Shown here: one piece after another, positions 61,812 to 64,000 of the stretch
Position numbering within the stretch: position 1 is the stretch's first letter
Layout of the letters: each line of letters starts with the position of its first letter
Source of the DNA: Trichoplax sp. H2
Lineage: Eukaryota
Direction: 5' to 3'
Length of the DNA stretch: 64,000 nucleotides
NCBI GenBank assembly: GCA_003344405.1
Contig: NOWV01000003.1
Span: 496,001 to 560,000, forward strand
Position numbers and translations under genes: made by a program
The notes under the pieces: generated by a model
Seen by the model: the letters and a program-made list of their open reading frames with translations, nothing else
Databases searched by the model: none
What the model was told of the DNA's origin: nothing

Positions 61812-64000
61812 ATGAGTAGAATACCATCGAATTTTGGTAAGAGTAAAATCGGTCAACCCTCGAATGGTAGTGCAGCTTTGACTCGGACAGGTTCAACGAG
61901 TAGCTCAATAAAACCTTCGTCAGGCCTTAAACCTCTTAGTAGTGCACTCAAGCCTCCTTCTGCCGGCACCAAAATATCGAAAATATCCCCCGCATCGAGC
62001 GTGAAGAGTTTTAGCACCGAGTCATCACGTTCCTCTTCTCCAACACGCCGGCCAGGCTTGCAAGCGCCTAAAGGAGTTGGAGAGATTAAAAAGCCAGTGA
62101 CCAGTGGATTAAAAGCCCCTATACCCAAAACTAGTAGTAATAAAGCCAATACTCAAACAGTCAAAAAATCTGCAAATGCAGGTCTAGCGAAGCCGAAAAC
62201 GAAAACTACCGAGGTTGCTCAGCCATCGAAGAAGGCCGTGCCTAAACTAACTTCTAGTCTTTCAAAACCTAAAGCAGCAGGTCTCCATCAAAGTGGACAT
62301 TTACAATACGGGGGTTCTTCAGCGGGTACAGCTCATAACGCAAGCCGTAGTCAATCAAGTTCGCATCATGTAACTGGCACAGATGTTACGAGACGACCAC
62401 AAACATCTTTATTTAAGAAGTCAACGTCAACTGCTTCACTATCTGGTGTTGAGGGATATGAAATTGGTGATCGTGTGATGACTAGTGGTAATAAACTAGG
62501 GACAGTATCTTACGTTGGGAAGACCCAATTTTCATCCGGCATGTGGATTGGTGTTACTTTAGATGAACCGCTCGGTAAAAATGATGGCTCGGTATCTGGA
62601 GTTGAATACTTCCGCTGTGCACCTAAGTATGGCATTTTTTGTCGACCTGAAAACGTTGAGCCTGATCGAACATTTGTTCTGAGACCATCTAGTCGGGTTA
62701 GTTCAATGTCGAGTTTAATTAGTGGTATGGAAAGTATTGCCGAAGAGGCCAACGCAGAGGTTACTGTTGGAGATCGTGTTATTGTCTATGGCAAGACAGG
62801 AACTCGTAAACAGGGTACCTTAAGATATCTTGGTAGCACCATATTTGCTTCTGGTGAATGGGCAGGTGTAGAACTAGATGATGCTTCTGGAAAGAATAAT
62901 GGCGCTGTTTCGGGAACTAGGTACAGTAAGATGATTAATATCAGGATTATGTAATGAAATGTTTCCTTGAAATCTAATTTATCAATATTACAAAAGGGCA
63001 ATATGTTATCTAGTGTATAGTTAACGTCGATTTTTACGTTATTTGCGTATGATTATGATTATAATTATATTTATTATTAATGTATTAATTAAATTAGGCA
63101 CTAAAATTAACGATACGAATATATGTTAGTTACTGCTTACAGTCGCAAACAAGAAAAAATTAATTTGAGATTGAGTAGACTTCATCAATATAATTGTATT
63201 TAAATTTAATTTAATTTGCGTAGATCTCTTTGCCATACAGTATATAGCTGTAGCTTTAATGCTAGTTATCATAAAGAACTAGATAATTACTATCATAAAA
63301 CATAATAATGCTATTTGCAATTATCTTTTAATGCAGATATTTCATGACGAAATTAGATTCTATTTGTTCATATCGATATATTGTATCTTTACTTTTTCTT
63401 TACTTATTCCTTAATTAAGGTATTTTACATGTCCTCCTAAACATGGTTTATTCGTGCCTTCACATAAAGTCGCTCCAATTCCGGTTGATGATGTCGATGA
63501 CTTTCCACCAGATGCGGGCAATATTAGCGGTGATAGAGATAATGATAAAGAGATGATAGAACTAGAGCAACAGTTGTTACAGCAACAATTTGAGTTACTA
63601 GAACAACAGATGATTGAAGAAGGGGATAGCGATGAACATTCAAATGGCCCAAACCTGAAAGAAAGTGATGAAAATAGTAACGTTTTAAAGGATAATACAC
63701 AAGTAAATCTTGAGCCCATTGACACAAATCCCATAGATACTGACGCTGATTTCGAAGCAATTGAGAAGCAAATTAATGAAAGTTTACATATGAACGAAGA
63801 GAATAACAAACTAGTTTCACCTGCGCAACCGCATATTGATAGCAGTGTAGAGCCGATTGCGAATATAGAAGATCAATCGCCAATCGAGAGTGGTACCGAA
63901 AATACAGTATCTAACCAATTAGATAACAATGTCGATGGGGATTATCTTAACCTTGAAGAAGCCGTAAAAAGTATTGATGAGATTACTAAACCATATGAAG
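61812..64000 (+). CDS. CLIP1: CLIP-170/CLIP1-like protein with two CAP-Gly domains; partial, continues off the right edge
   Basis: Exon 61812-62920: Ser/Lys/Pro-rich N-terminus with SGLKAP, CAP-Gly 1 (GDRV...[27 protein letters not shown]) and CAP-Gly 2 ([23 protein letters not shown]). Exon 2 from 63420 completes it ([13 protein letters not shown]) and reads on into an acidic region. Confidence 0.8.

Noticed and set aside
63407..63419. TTCCTTAAT U12-like branch site in the CLIP intron
   Set aside because: The donor is GTACAG (U2-type) and the motif is too close to the AG.
1..64000. Prokaryotic-type systems (CRISPR array, operon, defence island, IS transposase)
   Set aside because: The sequence is intron-rich eukaryotic DNA; the repeats lack constant repeat/unique spacer structure and no transposase or RT ORF is seen.

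Overview
Eukaryotic, AT-rich, gene-dense window with short spliceosomal introns. The style suggests an early-branching animal such as a placozoan (Trichoplax-like), but that is inference. Splicing exons by hand gives 12 protein-coding genes: SAM-domain protein (-, runs off the left edge), IFT22/RABL5 (+), TAO kinase (-), FAM216-like (+), VPS29 (-), MTMR3/4 (+), TMX2 (-), Derlin-2 (+), GLE1 (-), ZCCHC8 (-), RNF10 (+) and a CLIP-170-like two-CAP-Gly protein (+, runs off the right edge). IFT22, TMX2 and RNF10 are invisible in the ORF track. Notable non-coding structure: (1) strand-symmetric (GTACW)n arrays that sit at gene 5' ends and are absent from convergent 3' junctions; (2) two adjacent U12-type introns in Derlin-2, one apparently GT-GG; (3) a family of 36-40 bp CATGGAC...GTCCATG palindromic mini-elements, plus a 26-bp hairpin flanked by a direct repeat; (4) an RFX X-box upstream of IFT22; (5) apparent deep linkage conservation with human 12q24 (FAM216-VPS29 tail-to-tail; ZCCHC8/RNF10/CLIP1/TAOK). 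No tRNA, rRNA, CRISPR array or intact transposase was seen. Homology calls come from recalled family motifs, not from database searches.
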